Assembly: GCF_000002075.1 (NCBI RefSeq)
Contig: NW_004797365.1
Location: 896,900-960,899 of the forward strand
From: Aplysia californica
Lineage: Eukaryota
Direction: 5' to 3'
Length of the DNA stretch: 64,000 nt
Below are positions 63,842 to 64,000 of the stretch, piece after piece. Each line of letters opens with the position of its first letter. Positions within the stretch are counted from its first letter, which is position 1. The translations under genes were made by a program, and so were the position numbers. The notes under the pieces were generated by a model. It made no database searches. It was not told the origin of the DNA and saw only the letters and a program-made list of their open reading frames with translations.

Positions 63842-64000
63842 CAGTGGAAACTATATATAACAGGCTCGGTAATAACAGGGATCCGGTAATAACAGGGATG
63901 TTTAAAATCCCCGTTTTTTTCCTACTCTTTGTCTCTATTAAAAGTTATCGGCAATAACAGGGCCTCATCGGAGCCCAACCGGTTATAGCAGGGACAAAGG
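63842..64000. mobile_element. Left terminus of Tc1/pogo MITE, runs off the window
   Basis: TA-CAGTGGAAAC... with repeated aataacaggg. Confidence 0.75.

Overview
Repeat-rich animal genomic DNA with several N gaps. It is probably molluscan/gastropod, inferred from the SINE/LINE/MITE content. Two protein-coding genes can be built with canonical GT-AG junctions, and they lie tail to tail. (1) The last four coding exons of a clan-4 cytochrome P450 (CYP4V2/4C-like) are on + at 3802-7729. (2) A complete SIRT1 is on -, with 10 coding exons at 39029-15334 (2769 nt, 922 aa) and a probable non-coding first exon near 47.4-47.5 kb. Nearly everything else is transposon-derived and often nested. This includes a tRNA-headed Deu/Nin-domain SINE, several families sharing one LINE-type 3' stem-loop tail, and RTE and I-clade LINE fragments. 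DNA transposons include Tc1/pogo MITEs, five TTAA-flanked CTC-terminal elements (the largest holds a pogo-type DDE remnant), a decayed Sola element, hAT-like elements (one inserted antisense into its own family), and P-like and unclassified transposase remnants. A degenerate ~0.9-kb tandem array runs from 54.5 to 63.6 kb. I found no CRISPR array, rRNA, intact tRNA or convincing ribozyme. I cannot claim a proven new system. The best leads are the TTAA/pogo discordance, the shared-tail retroposon set, the tandem array with recurring splice signals, and a possible CTR-less SIRT1 isoform.
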